From positions 10,503 through 74,502 of the IMG/VR virus record IMGVR_UViG_3300020409_000014: 64,000 nucleotides of DNA. One strand, written 5' to 3'. The position numbers were made by a program, and so were the translations under genes. The stretch is from a virus. Taxonomy: Duplodnaviria; Caudoviricetes. Under the pieces are notes generated by a model, which was given only the letters and a program-made list of their open reading frames with translations, was not told the origin of the DNA and did no database searches. Below, in pieces: positions 1 to 10,400 of this stretch. Position 1 is the stretch's first letter. Each line of letters opens with the position of its first letter.

Positions 1-932
1 TCACCAGACTCTTCGTATGTCCTTCTCGCAAGTGACTTTTCAAGTTGTGAGTAAGCACTTGTATTAACAAGTTGCTCAACTTTAGAATTTCTGATTCTAA
101 CCAATTCGATGAAGTTTTTATCAGTCTCATCTGTAATTGGTTTCTTAACAAGTGTAGTAGATATCTTAAATCTATGTCCACCTGGTGCTGAGTAGTTTGA
201 TGTGCCTGCAGCATTATCGTTTAGAGACGTATCATCTTCTGGGGTAACAATAGATTCTGATACTTCTAGACCAATTCTGTATGACGGATTGTTTGTATAC
301 TGGTCAAGAATAATGTAAGCACTAGGGACGTTTACAAAATGTCCACGAATAAAATATATACCTTCATTAATATATGCTACAGCAGCTACTGCAGTTGCAT
401 CAACAGGTAGTAACTGAGCAAATGGTGATCCAATCTCAATAAGAGTTGTGCCGAAAGTTAATTCAGACTCAGATATTAACTGCTCGTTTTCTTGGAAACC
501 ACGGATGTTTGTCTCAGATACAGTGTCACCAGAGTCAATATACTTTACATATAGTGTAATGTATCCTCTAGTAGATTCAGTAGCAGGGATTGAGTATAGG
601 ACTTTTGCACGAATACCAGATGTAAGTCCAGATATAATCTTTCCACTTAGTTGAGTACGATATGTCTCAACGTCTACTCCCAAGAATGCTTGTTGTAAGA
701 CGATTGCTTGTACGTTTAAGTCATAACCTACTTGACCAGGTATGACCATTGCACCTTCTTTAAAGAAGTGCTGACCCATATTCTCAATCTGATTCTGTAG
801 AATCGATTGCATTGTTGTTAGCTCTCTTGCTTGGATTGGGAATCCAGGTCTATAGAGCACTCGATAAAAATTCTTATCTTTATCGAAGTCGTCGAAATAT
901 GGACTAATGTTTAGGTTGGTATTCTGTGGCAT
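1..932 (-). CDS. Large virion structural protein, VrlC/DUF4815-like (N-terminal 310 aa, continues past window start)
   Basis: Manual translation from ATG at 932: MPQNTNLNISPYFDDFDKDKNFYRVLYRPGFPIQARELTTMQSILQNQIE..., open to base 1. Typical N-terminus of the protein following gp8 in cyanomyoviruses. Absent from the track because it has no stop in the window. Confidence 0.85.
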   Translation of the reverse strand, partial: MPQNTNLNISPYFDDFDKDKNFYRVLYRPGFPIQARELTTMQSILQNQIENMGQHFFKEGAMVIPGQVGYDLNVQAIVLQQAFLGVDVETYRTQLSGKIISGLTSGIRAKVLYSIPATESTRGYITLYVKYIDSGDTVSETNIRGFQENEQLISESELTFGTTLIEIGSPFAQLLPVDATAVAAVAYINEGIYFIRGHFVNVPSAYIILDQYTNNPSYRIGLEVSESIVTPEDDTSLNDNAAGTSNYSAPGGHRFKISTTLVKKPITDETDKNFIELVRIRNSKVEQLVNTSAYSQLEKSLARRTYEESG

Positions 933-934
933 CG

Positions 935-2470
935 TTAGAATTCGATTACGACTTTGATATCCTCAATTTGGTCGCCCGCACGAGTGATTGGTCCTCTATT
1001 ATCTATGTAAATAATCCGACCGCTATTTGGTTGGATTTCTGGATCTGCATAACCGTTAGTAAATGCCATACCCAAATCATATTCAGTGTTGTTAATCACT
1101 CTGGTAGAGGATCCAGAGACGATAGGGAAGTTGATGTCTGGGTCACCTGATGTACCTGAGATAGATCCCACAACTGGGTTACCTCCATCAAACTCAGTCA
1201 AACTACCAGTAATCTCAGGGAAAATACCGTCGATTCTATTCTGGTAATACTTCAATACTTTTGTTGTGCTATTCCATGAAACAACACGACCTCTAGCAGT
1301 TACCTGCTGTCCACCAACTGTCCTAGATTGTGTTACGATCTCGTCAGTTGTGTAGTTACCTGTAAATGTAGGAGAGAATATAACTGCCTTTGTACCTGAC
1401 AAAGTTAATTCTGCAGTCAATTCATTTGTGCCATATCTAAATGGATTAAGTAACAAACCAATACGACGATAGTCGTTATCAGTTGGGAAGTCACCTGATC
1501 CCTCAGCGTATGTAAACTTGGTGTTGATCATTGTCCTATATCCACCTAACTCTGTGTCAGGTGCTGCACCATGACCTACAGATGGAGGAATGATAACTTC
1601 AACAGATGCACCAGATCCTGCTCCTGCTCCGATACCGTTGATCTCATCAATGATAACTGTCCCGAATGTATATCCTGATCCACCAGATGTAACAGTAGCA
1701 GTAACAAGTTTACCACCGTCAACCACTAGTGATACACGTCCACCAATACCGTCTCCTTTAATAGGGACGTTTTCGTAGGTGCCGTTGTTGTAACCAGTAC
1801 CTGAAGATCCGATAATAACCGTATCAATCTCTCCACCAACAGCATCAGAGATAACAGCAGTATCTTCCAAAACTGGCATATATTCATTAGAGAAGAATTT
1901 TAAAACTTGTCCAACAGGAATAGTATAGAGATATTTCCAACGATAACCATCAGCAGTTGTGATGATAGATGTTGAAGTACCTGTAGGCTCAACAGTGGAA
2001 GGTTTTCCGTTAGGATCACTAGGAGACGTGCCGTTGAATATACACTTGTATACCTGATAAGATGAGTTAACAACATAGAAGTCTGCATCATAAAGTTTAG
2101 TAGCACCTGATGCAGCAGTCTTTGTAGCAGAATAGTCATGTCTATACATGTCATAGACGTAACCTAATCCACCAGTAGTTTGCTCGGGAGGAATCCAATT
2201 TATTCTTCTTACAACTTGTATTGTGTCATTTGCTAAAACTCTCTTTAGGGAGATCATGTCAGAAAAGTTGTCAGCAAATTCCTGTAGCGAATCCGTTGGA
2301 TCGGGCGGGTCATTCTCATTATCCCAGCTTTGAGGTCTGCCAATGAATACGTACAGTCTGTCTCTGGATGCTCCTGCTGCTAGATCGGATTGAGCCGAGT
2401 CAGGACCTTCCAGAGATTTAATGAATCTCTTGGCAGTAAAAATTCTAAACTGGTCGGTTAGTAGTGCCAT
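935..2470 (-). CDS. gp8: Baseplate wedge subunit (T4 gp8-like)
   Basis: 511 aa; LYVFIGRPQSWD, DMISLKRV, YDMYRHDY, FYVVNSSYQVYKC, DGYRWKYLYTI, YRRIGLL and C-terminal IEDIKVVIEF motifs; position in wedge cluster. Confidence 0.9.
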   Translation of the reverse strand: MALLTDQFRIFTAKRFIKSLEGPDSAQSDLAAGASRDRLYVFIGRPQSWDNENDPPDPTDSLQEFADNFSDMISLKRVLANDTIQVVRRINWIPPEQTTGGLGYVYDMYRHDYSATKTAASGATKLYDADFYVVNSSYQVYKCIFNGTSPSDPNGKPSTVEPTGTSTSIITTADGYRWKYLYTIPVGQVLKFFSNEYMPVLEDTAVISDAVGGEIDTVIIGSSGTGYNNGTYENVPIKGDGIGGRVSLVVDGGKLVTATVTSGGSGYTFGTVIIDEINGIGAGAGSGASVEVIIPPSVGHGAAPDTELGGYRTMINTKFTYAEGSGDFPTDNDYRRIGLLLNPFRYGTNELTAELTLSGTKAVIFSPTFTGNYTTDEIVTQSRTVGGQQVTARGRVVSWNSTTKVLKYYQNRIDGIFPEITGSLTEFDGGNPVVGSISGTSGDPDINFPIVSGSSTRVINNTEYDLGMAFTNGYADPEIQPNSGRIIYIDNRGPITRAGDQIEDIKVVIEF

Positions 2471-2493
2471 TTAGTTATAGGTCTCCCATACTT

Positions 2494-2501
2494 TATTTAT
2501 G
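2494..2501 (-). promoter_or_regulatory. T4-type late promoter (CATAAATA)
   Basis: NATAAATA-type element 24 bp upstream of the gp8 start, in the intergenic gap. Confidence 0.7.
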
Positions 2502-2507
2502 GAGTTT

Positions 2508-4352
2508 TTAATCGTCCTCATTTCGGACTCTGGTTGTATACTCAGTAAAGATGTGCACACCTGTTGCACCTGATCCTTGACCTTGTATAGTTTCACCTGC
2601 AGCAAACTTACTTGCTGTGTTAGATGCAGTAATATTCTTTACGTTTAAGAAAAATTCTCCTGTCCTTTCCCCTGCAGTAATACTTACAAAGGTTGCAGTA
2701 ACACCGCTAGATTGACCTGTTATGATCTCATCAACAGCATATGCAGAAGCGTTTCTATCTCTAACAGAGATTACACCAAGAGATATATGGGTGTCTCCAT
2801 CACCCAAAACTCCTGCTGTAACTACTGTTGCAAGTTGCGGTGGGTTTGCTCCGTCGTATAGTTTATCCGCTGCTTGGAATAAGGTGATATTTTGTCCACC
2901 TAATTCTTCCTCAATACCATATTTAGATGATGCTATACCACCATCTAGGTTTGTATCATTCTCATATTCTGTGCCAGTATTTACTAGATCGATAATACCG
3001 TCACCAACTCCGTCTAATTCATCATCATCTTCAAACGCTTTGTTTAAGATTGCTGATAACGGATCAGTAAAAGTAACAATATCGTTACCTGGACTGTCTA
3101 TAATAACGTGTGGTGATACACCTGTGCCACTAGATTGTGCACTACCACCAACAAACTGTATAGATGCAGTCTTATCAGCAGAGTTACCACCATCAATAAA
3201 TGCTAATTCGTCAACCTCAAATGTTAGATATAACTCATGAGCAATAGGATCCCAATCGTATACAATAGCAACCCTACTTGTCGCACTAGCAACAAAACGT
3301 TTTACTTGGTCGGTAACCGCAAACGAATATTGAGAAACTCCTTGAGCATCGTCTTGCAAGTTGTCAAGAGTAACCTTTTGGTCAAATCTAAAGTTGACAC
3401 CCCTGTCGAGTCCAGTAAAGGAGGTTGCAGTTTTACCTGTATATCTAACGATTTCTTTCCCGACCAAGAATTTACCTGAGCCTGGATACGCTGCAGTAGT
3501 CTCGACATTAATGGTGCTATCACTTGGTGCCACATTTGAAATGAGACCAGTAAGATTATAAACGACACTATTAAGAGATTGTCTATTCCTCTGCCTACGA
3601 ATGAGATTGGTATCTCTAGCAAATATAACTTTAGGACTATTAGTATACCCATTACCTTGGTTAGATAGATCTATACTAGTAATGGCACCCAAGTCAATAT
3701 CAGCACTTGCTGCTGCTCCTCTACCACCTCCACCAATAATCTGCACAATAGGTGCAGTCTCAAAAAATTCACCTTGGTTAGTTAGGGTAATTGATGTAAC
3801 CTTACCAAACTGGTTGGGTGTAACTGTACCTGTAGCACCATCTCCACCGCCACCACCAGATATAACAACGTTAGCATCATTGAGGTCATAGTTTCTACCT
3901 TCTCGGGTAATAACTAAACCTGTCACACCACCAGTAACAGGGACTAATTCTGATCCAGAGCCACCGCCACCTTCAATAACAGCACTAGTGCCGTCAAAAT
4001 AATTATCACCCAGAGTTGTCATCTGGATATAGTCTATTCCACCAGTTTCATTCAAAAAAACTTTGCCTCGTGCACCAAGACTACCTGCATCTGTTGATTC
4101 GATCTTTAAACGTAGAGGGTCATATCCTTCGCCAGGATCTAAGATCTCAACAGCAAGTATTCTATTGTCTTGGATTATAGGTCTTAAAACTGCCTCTCTT
4201 AGAGGTGTCCCTGCATTCTGTATAGTCAGTTTTGGAGGGTCATTAGCATCATATCCGTCCCCACCACTTTCGACAAAAATCGCCCTGACTCCAAACACAC
4301 TGTTGAATTCGGGTCTAATAATTGCACCAGAGCCAGGAACTGTACGTGTCAT
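2508..4352 (-). CDS. Virion/baseplate structural protein with Gly-rich GGxGY..P repeats
   Basis: 614 aa; repeated I.i...G.GY...P.v.i.GGGG.GA units like those in gp7; LVGKEIVRYTGKT..F.GL.RG module; between gp9-like and gp8. Confidence 0.75.
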   Translation of the reverse strand: MTRTVPGSGAIIRPEFNSVFGVRAIFVESGGDGYDANDPPKLTIQNAGTPLREAVLRPIIQDNRILAVEILDPGEGYDPLRLKIESTDAGSLGARGKVFLNETGGIDYIQMTTLGDNYFDGTSAVIEGGGGSGSELVPVTGGVTGLVITREGRNYDLNDANVVISGGGGGDGATGTVTPNQFGKVTSITLTNQGEFFETAPIVQIIGGGGRGAAASADIDLGAITSIDLSNQGNGYTNSPKVIFARDTNLIRRQRNRQSLNSVVYNLTGLISNVAPSDSTINVETTAAYPGSGKFLVGKEIVRYTGKTATSFTGLDRGVNFRFDQKVTLDNLQDDAQGVSQYSFAVTDQVKRFVASATSRVAIVYDWDPIAHELYLTFEVDELAFIDGGNSADKTASIQFVGGSAQSSGTGVSPHVIIDSPGNDIVTFTDPLSAILNKAFEDDDELDGVGDGIIDLVNTGTEYENDTNLDGGIASSKYGIEEELGGQNITLFQAADKLYDGANPPQLATVVTAGVLGDGDTHISLGVISVRDRNASAYAVDEIITGQSSGVTATFVSITAGERTGEFFLNVKNITASNTASKFAAGETIQGQGSGATGVHIFTEYTTRVRNEDD

Positions 4353-5824
4353 ACTACTACTATGTCACCTATCATTGATGTGTGTGATGGAATACCACAC
4401 TGATACTTGTAAGTTGTGCCTGCACTCAATGTTTGTGGCACTGTCCAGAATTGGACTCCTGATTGAGATCCACTAACACCACTGACTGCAGATCCATTTT
4501 GGGATACATTAATTTCAAATGGATGTGAGGATCCTGTTGTGTTATTAAATCTATAAGTAAATCCTCTATAGACATATATTGTAGGATTGTCAGATCCAGT
4601 TGGTAAACCACCACCATTAAATCTATAACCAGCTGTTGCATTACTAGTGATTATGAAACTAATAGTTGGAGATTCGGTCGCAATCCATGCCGATCCATCA
4701 TAGACTAAGTTGTCATTCTCACTTGCTGAAGGGAATGATGCAGTGTTTGTAATTGTAAGAGTATTGCTTGAAACAGCAGTTGTGATACCTGTGCCACCTG
4801 CAATAGTAAATCCAGAGTTACTTGCAACAGCAGTATAACTTCCAGTGTCACCTGATACAGATTGCAATACATTCTGCACAATGTTAGGTGAATCGTTTGT
4901 TATAGTAATAGCACCTGCGTTGAGGTTAGTGCTAATACCAGTGCCACCCAAGAAGTTAAGAGTGTCAGTAGTTACTGTTGCAGATGTGCTACCATTGTCA
5001 GCACCAAACGTTTCAAATAGATTTTGATCAGGATCACCAAGTGCTCCTGTCATAGTAATTGTAAGAGTATCTCCTACCAATGCAGTGGAGATGTTTGTGC
5101 CACCTACAATATTAAATGTGTCATTTGCAGCAGACGCTGTTGTTGTGCCAGTGTCACCTGTAAATGTTTCAAATAGGTTTTGTGTTGTGCCACCACCACC
5201 TGTTGCTGTCTCATCATTAGCAGGCTCCCATTTTGAGGATGTGCCATTCCATTTCAATACTTGACCGTCAGAAGGTCCTCCATTTACTGTAGTATCTACA
5301 TCAGTTAGTATAGAAATACCATCAGTGGCATCAAGAAGTTGTGTCCAACTGCTGTGTGCAACATATGCTTTTCCTGTGCCATTTACATATCCAAGCATAC
5401 CTTGATGTGCAGTAACATCAGGAAGATCGCTCAATAATGCATAAGGAGATGTCCACTTTAAATATCCATCTGCACCATCTACATATACCTTTCTACTACC
5501 TTGACTACCTGCTTTGAATTCAATATCTCCTGTTGTATCTGGCTCAATAACAATATTGCCTGCACTCTCAGAAATAATTTTAAATGCTTTAACATTAAGG
5601 TCTGCACTTAGAGAATCGAAGTGTGATTCTGTAAACGCAGTGCCAGTCCATCGCAACACTTGATCATTAACAGGTGCTCCGATATTAACTTGTAAGTTGG
5701 TATCATTTCCTAGGTTAGTATATAACTCATCAATGACGCTATTTAATTTGATAGCACCATCTCTCAGGGTATCACCTGTGCCGTCATTCGCAGCTGATCC
5801 AACATTTAGATTTTGCTTAGCCAT
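4349..5824 (-). CDS. gp9/gp10-like baseplate-fibre connector with Thr/Gly-rich stalk and C-terminal cupredoxin-like domain
   Basis: N-terminus MAKQNLNVGSAANDGTGDTLR matches the T4 gp9/gp10 N-terminal motif; three FETF.gD.G.ttA....dTl.i.GGT.IsT repeats; C-terminal HPF...YQCGIPSHTSM. Confidence 0.75.
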   Translation of the reverse strand: MAKQNLNVGSAANDGTGDTLRDGAIKLNSVIDELYTNLGNDTNLQVNIGAPVNDQVLRWTGTAFTESHFDSLSADLNVKAFKIISESAGNIVIEPDTTGDIEFKAGSQGSRKVYVDGADGYLKWTSPYALLSDLPDVTAHQGMLGYVNGTGKAYVAHSSWTQLLDATDGISILTDVDTTVNGGPSDGQVLKWNGTSSKWEPANDETATGGGGTTQNLFETFTGDTGTTTASAANDTFNIVGGTNISTALVGDTLTITMTGALGDPDQNLFETFGADNGSTSATVTTDTLNFLGGTGISTNLNAGAITITNDSPNIVQNVLQSVSGDTGSYTAVASNSGFTIAGGTGITTAVSSNTLTITNTASFPSASENDNLVYDGSAWIATESPTISFIITSNATAGYRFNGGGLPTGSDNPTIYVYRGFTYRFNNTTGSSHPFEINVSQNGSAVSGVSGSQSGVQFWTVPQTLSAGTTYKYQCGIPSHTSMIGDIVVV

Positions 5825-5846
5825 GGTAGGTAGTTTTCTACAGTGT

Positions 5847-5853
5847 TATTTAG
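5847..5853 (-). promoter_or_regulatory. Late-promoter-like element (CTAAATA)
   Basis: TAAATA core 23 bp upstream of the ATG at 5824. Confidence 0.55.
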
Positions 5854-7430
5854 GTTGCATCGTATGTAACTGACGTGGTGTCATACTTCACTGCAGTAGA
5901 TGAGAAGTCAGTATCGCCTTGTCCACCACCTATTCCTGATACAGATAACGTTGCAACGTTAGACATTAGTGGTGAGTTACTTGCATTATTAGCGGGTGCA
6001 GGTCCTCGTAATTCAACTTTATACTTGTAGTTGGACATGTATCCCAACGCAGTAAATGATAGTGAGTTGCTTGTTGCACCAGTAACTTGTGCGTATGCAA
6101 ATCCATCATCAGTTGATCTATACCATTGATATGAAATAGGTCCTGGTATAGGAGAGACATTTGCTTGGACTGTAAAGGTAACAGTTGTATTGACAGATGC
6201 CGTAGCACTTTGAGGTTGTGCAGTAATTTGCAGCGTAGGTGTAACAGGAGGTGCTCCACCGTCTCCACCTTCTTGTGCAGGAGGTGCTGCTGCTCCATTG
6301 TTTGCAGGTTGATTTATACTCTCTCTAGTCATATTCCCAACCATATATGGGAATGCTGCTTCTCCTACAGAGTCAATAGATATAAAATATGCATAAGTCC
6401 CATTTGGAAATTCTGGGGTTACACAGTATCTACCATTGTGAAAATCTAAATCACCTAGACCATCAATATATTCCCAGTCCTGCACTAAAGATCCTGCAGG
6501 AGGGTTTTGTGCAGTAGTGCCATAATCAGGTCTTCCTGCTATTTCAATATTTCTTGTCCTATAACTCGAGGACATAAAACGAGTTGTTTGTGATGCAGTA
6601 AACGGCACGTCATATCCAAAAGGTCCGTATACTGGAAATCCGTCAAAGCAATATCCTAAGATTTTACTATGACCATCAGGGTGACGCATATTGTCACCAT
6701 TAAACTGACTACTACCATAGTAGTCATTATAGTTTGCCATAGCAGAATTCTGCTTCCAACAATCTATAAAATGAGTATCATGATAATGATATTGTCCTGT
6801 TGATTCTGGGTGTCCACCACAAGAATCTTCACCAAAATCTACAGGTGAATTAGGATAATGTGCATTCCATTGAAATCCTACAGGAGGGTTACCACCTGCA
6901 CCTGCACTAGGATTATAGAATACAACTCCATTTGCAGCAATACCTATAGCACCAAGAGGAGTTTCTATACGTCCATTTCTTTGATCATAATATGTGTATG
7001 TGCCTGTTGGTATTGTTTGTGAATCTGCAACAATAAGATCTAATCTTTGGTCTGTGGCGAGCCAGCATTCCCCTGCAATGGACGTAAATGTTGTCCCTCT
7101 AAATATAAATCGTTGTTTCCTACCGTCAGAAAAGATAAAGAAAAGATGATCGCCAGGAGCAATAGTTTGGGCAGCAAATAAAGCATTGTCATTAACTGAT
7201 ATATTTACAGAGATAACAAATCCACTTTGGAAGTATGTGTTATCATCAAATGTCCTCTCAACACCAAACTCACCACCACGATATCTAAACGTATGTGCAA
7301 ATGCCTGCTCTGTAACCGCATTAGGATTATTCAGATTAGGAAACGTGCCATAACTTACTGGATCAGGTAGACCATCACCAGTTACGGCAAGTTGTTTAGT
7401 TGCTGACGTGTATGTTGCTGTAGCGGTCAT
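5850..7430 (-). CDS. YHYH-domain protein with C-terminal Ig-like domain
   Basis: 526 aa; LGAIGIAANGVVFY, GGHP..GQYHYH, GYCFDGFPVYGPFG, DLDFHNGR...PEFPNGTYAYF; Ig-like QPQSATASVNTTVTFTV...YQWY. Confidence 0.85.
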   Translation of the reverse strand: MTATATYTSATKQLAVTGDGLPDPVSYGTFPNLNNPNAVTEQAFAHTFRYRGGEFGVERTFDDNTYFQSGFVISVNISVNDNALFAAQTIAPGDHLFFIFSDGRKQRFIFRGTTFTSIAGECWLATDQRLDLIVADSQTIPTGTYTYYDQRNGRIETPLGAIGIAANGVVFYNPSAGAGGNPPVGFQWNAHYPNSPVDFGEDSCGGHPESTGQYHYHDTHFIDCWKQNSAMANYNDYYGSSQFNGDNMRHPDGHSKILGYCFDGFPVYGPFGYDVPFTASQTTRFMSSSYRTRNIEIAGRPDYGTTAQNPPAGSLVQDWEYIDGLGDLDFHNGRYCVTPEFPNGTYAYFISIDSVGEAAFPYMVGNMTRESINQPANNGAAAPPAQEGGDGGAPPVTPTLQITAQPQSATASVNTTVTFTVQANVSPIPGPISYQWYRSTDDGFAYAQVTGATSNSLSFTALGYMSNYKYKVELRGPAPANNASNSPLMSNVATLSVSGIGGGQGDTDFSSTAVKYDTTSVTYDAT

Positions 7431-10400
7431 GCGTCGTCGAAGATTTGATCAGGAGTGAAGTTAGAGATCACCGTGGATCCGATCTGGACAGATAGGATAG
7501 CGGAGAAGGAGTAAACAGGTGTTGCTCCCGCTGCAGTTATCGCTACTCTGTATTCATCACCATCATCTTGTTGTGTGGTGGAGTTAGTAGGATATGCTGC
7601 TTGGTTTCCACCAATAATGTTAGACCAGACAGTTGTGCCGTAGTCTTTCTTCTGCCACTGATAGTTGAGTGTAGTAGTATTTAGTTGACCATCGGATGCC
7701 CTTACAAAGTCAGCAACCACGGTGAATGTTGCAGTTTGACCTTGGTTAACAGTCACGTTAACTGGGTTGATATTGATTCTAATTAAACCAGGATCAACAA
7801 CGATTGGATTACCCTGTTGATCAATACCCTCACCTGCATAGATGTCGAATCCATTATTTACAGGTGATCCTGTAGGTGTAACAAAATCATCCTCAACAGT
7901 TGTTTCAGCAGCAACTATAGGTAGTGAATATCCACCACCAGTTGCTTTTACGTCGATCCTTTGGATACCCATCATAGGCACCAAACGACCATCGAAACCA
8001 GTAGAGGAGATAATCTCAACGTTAGGTTTAGATGTATAACCATCGCCAGGATTGGTTACAGTAGCAGAAATAATTTGTCCACTAGTAATATTTGCAAGTG
8101 CCTCTGCGTTTCTACCCTTAACTGATCCTGTATATTCAAATGTAATCAAGGAGTTAGAAGATTCAATTAGAGCAACTTCTCTTGGGAATTCTTCACCCTC
8201 GATGTCTAATTGGTCACCTGCCTCAATCGGTGGGACAACAGTTGCAGATATAACGTCAGCATCAGATCCAATGTAAGAGAATCCAACGAAGGTTGCTCCT
8301 GCTCTTGGGACTTCAGCAAAGATTATTCTAGATCCAACAATCTCATATGACACACCTGGCTCCTGTATGATACCGTTGAGTGATACGAGTATGTTGTTTT
8401 CTGGTAAGATCGTTGCAGATGAGACACCTTCTGTCAATGTCAATGAGTAGAAGATTCCATCTAACTTTAAGTTAAAGGAAGATCTTAGTGAATCAAATTC
8501 AAATCCAATATCATCAAGTTGTCTTAGTTTACCAACATAGTATCCAATAAACTCAGATCCAATCTCAGGTGGCTCTGTAAACTGTATCTTGTCAGAGAAT
8601 GCAGTGTATGCATTAATAGCACCTGGTGGTTGTAGAATACCATTAACGAAGATGAGCATGTGTCCTGCAGGATCTGGGAAGTATGCTTGTCCATTCTCAA
8701 CAGATAGTGAGAAGTTTTGCTGCACACCGTCAAATCCTCTGAAGTAACGATCAACACGTCCGACCAATGTCCTTGCATCAGATACAGCAGCTGACCATCC
8801 ATCGTCACCCTTAATAGTCATGTTGTCATAAAACTCACCGACTGCCTGCTCAACCCATATTCTTGCAGTAATACCTTGCTGCTCAATCTTAGAAATCTTA
8901 GCGTAAGAAGTATATGTGTTTTGAGTTATGTTAGTTACATTGGAGTAGATAACAGGGAAGTTTGTGCCGATGTCAAACTTACCAATGAATATACCTGCGT
9001 TTGTTAACTCACTCACAGATGCACCTGTGCCTACAGGTTGGACATTACCAATCCACATCTTATGTGGTATTACAGGACTCACATTGTTATTAGGAGCTTG
9101 ATACTTAGTTACAACCGCTGTTAAACCAGGATTCTTAATAACAGTACCTATGAGCATATTAACTTCATCACCAACTTCAAATGTAGCAGCAAGACCTGCC
9201 TCAATAAATGTAGATCCAAGATCTAATTCTATAACCTCTGTGCCGTGAATAATATCATTTACTTCTGCAACTCCACCTGGTTGGTATATACCCTTAACAT
9301 CTAGGATATAGTCAGTAAGACTACCATAGATGATGTCACCAGTCTCCCATCCAGATTGAATGGTCTCAACATCCATAACAACACGACCACCATCGTTACC
9401 AATAATCGCACCTGACTTATTATCGTAGAATACGATATCTGCCTCAGTGTTATCTGCCTTCTTGAAGATCTTATCTCCAACAGCATATGCACCAAGATCA
9501 ACGTTAAGGAGTAGACGATCTGTTATAGCAGTAATGTCTGCAGTTGTTGAGCTGTCTAGTCCAACAAGAGTATCTCCAACTGCCCAGTTAGGTCCTGTCT
9601 TATCTACAACTCTTAGGATAATTTCTGTGTTACCAGTGTTATAGTTTTGCTGTAATATCTTACCTACAGCAGTTGCATCACCAGACTTGAATACATTTTC
9701 ACCATTAGTGAATTTAGAAACGCCAGGATCTGATGGGTTGCCAAGTTTAACATATAAGAATGTTTCTCTGACAGATGCTTGGTTAAAGGACTGTGACCCA
9801 ATCTCAGCAAATACATCAGATTGTGTGCCGTAAAGGACATCAGCATCAAGGAATCCACCTGAGTATGGAGTCTCTACATCAGGATTACCATATGTTGTAG
9901 TTGCTCTATTAATACCAGATCTTACAAGGACTTGGAAGATATGAGATGATGCTGCAGTATCGTCGAATTCTAATGCTCTAAATCTACCATCATGAGTTGG
10001 GACAGCACCTATTTCAAAGAATGTTGCCTCAGCATTTAAGATATAATATAAAGATTGACCTGTTGTGCCACCTAGTGTGCCACCACCTGCAGGAATGTAT
10101 TGTACAACATCACCACGTCTGAAGAAGTTAGCACGGTAAATTCTGACTCTAAACTCTGCTCTATCATACCCTGCACGAACTGTGGGAGTAAGAGATACAA
10201 GAGCAGGATCGGTATTCCAGTCAAATCCTTCGTTGTATACAACGTGTCTGTTGTGGACGTCAGTATTAGCAATCCATGTAGTCTTCGCCTCAGTAGAGAA
10301 TTTAGATTGCTCAAGTGCAAATTCAAATACGTTAATACTAGAATCCATATTGAATTCTGTTGCTTCCTGATCCCATTCTGTTCTAAGAGCAGGAATGTAA

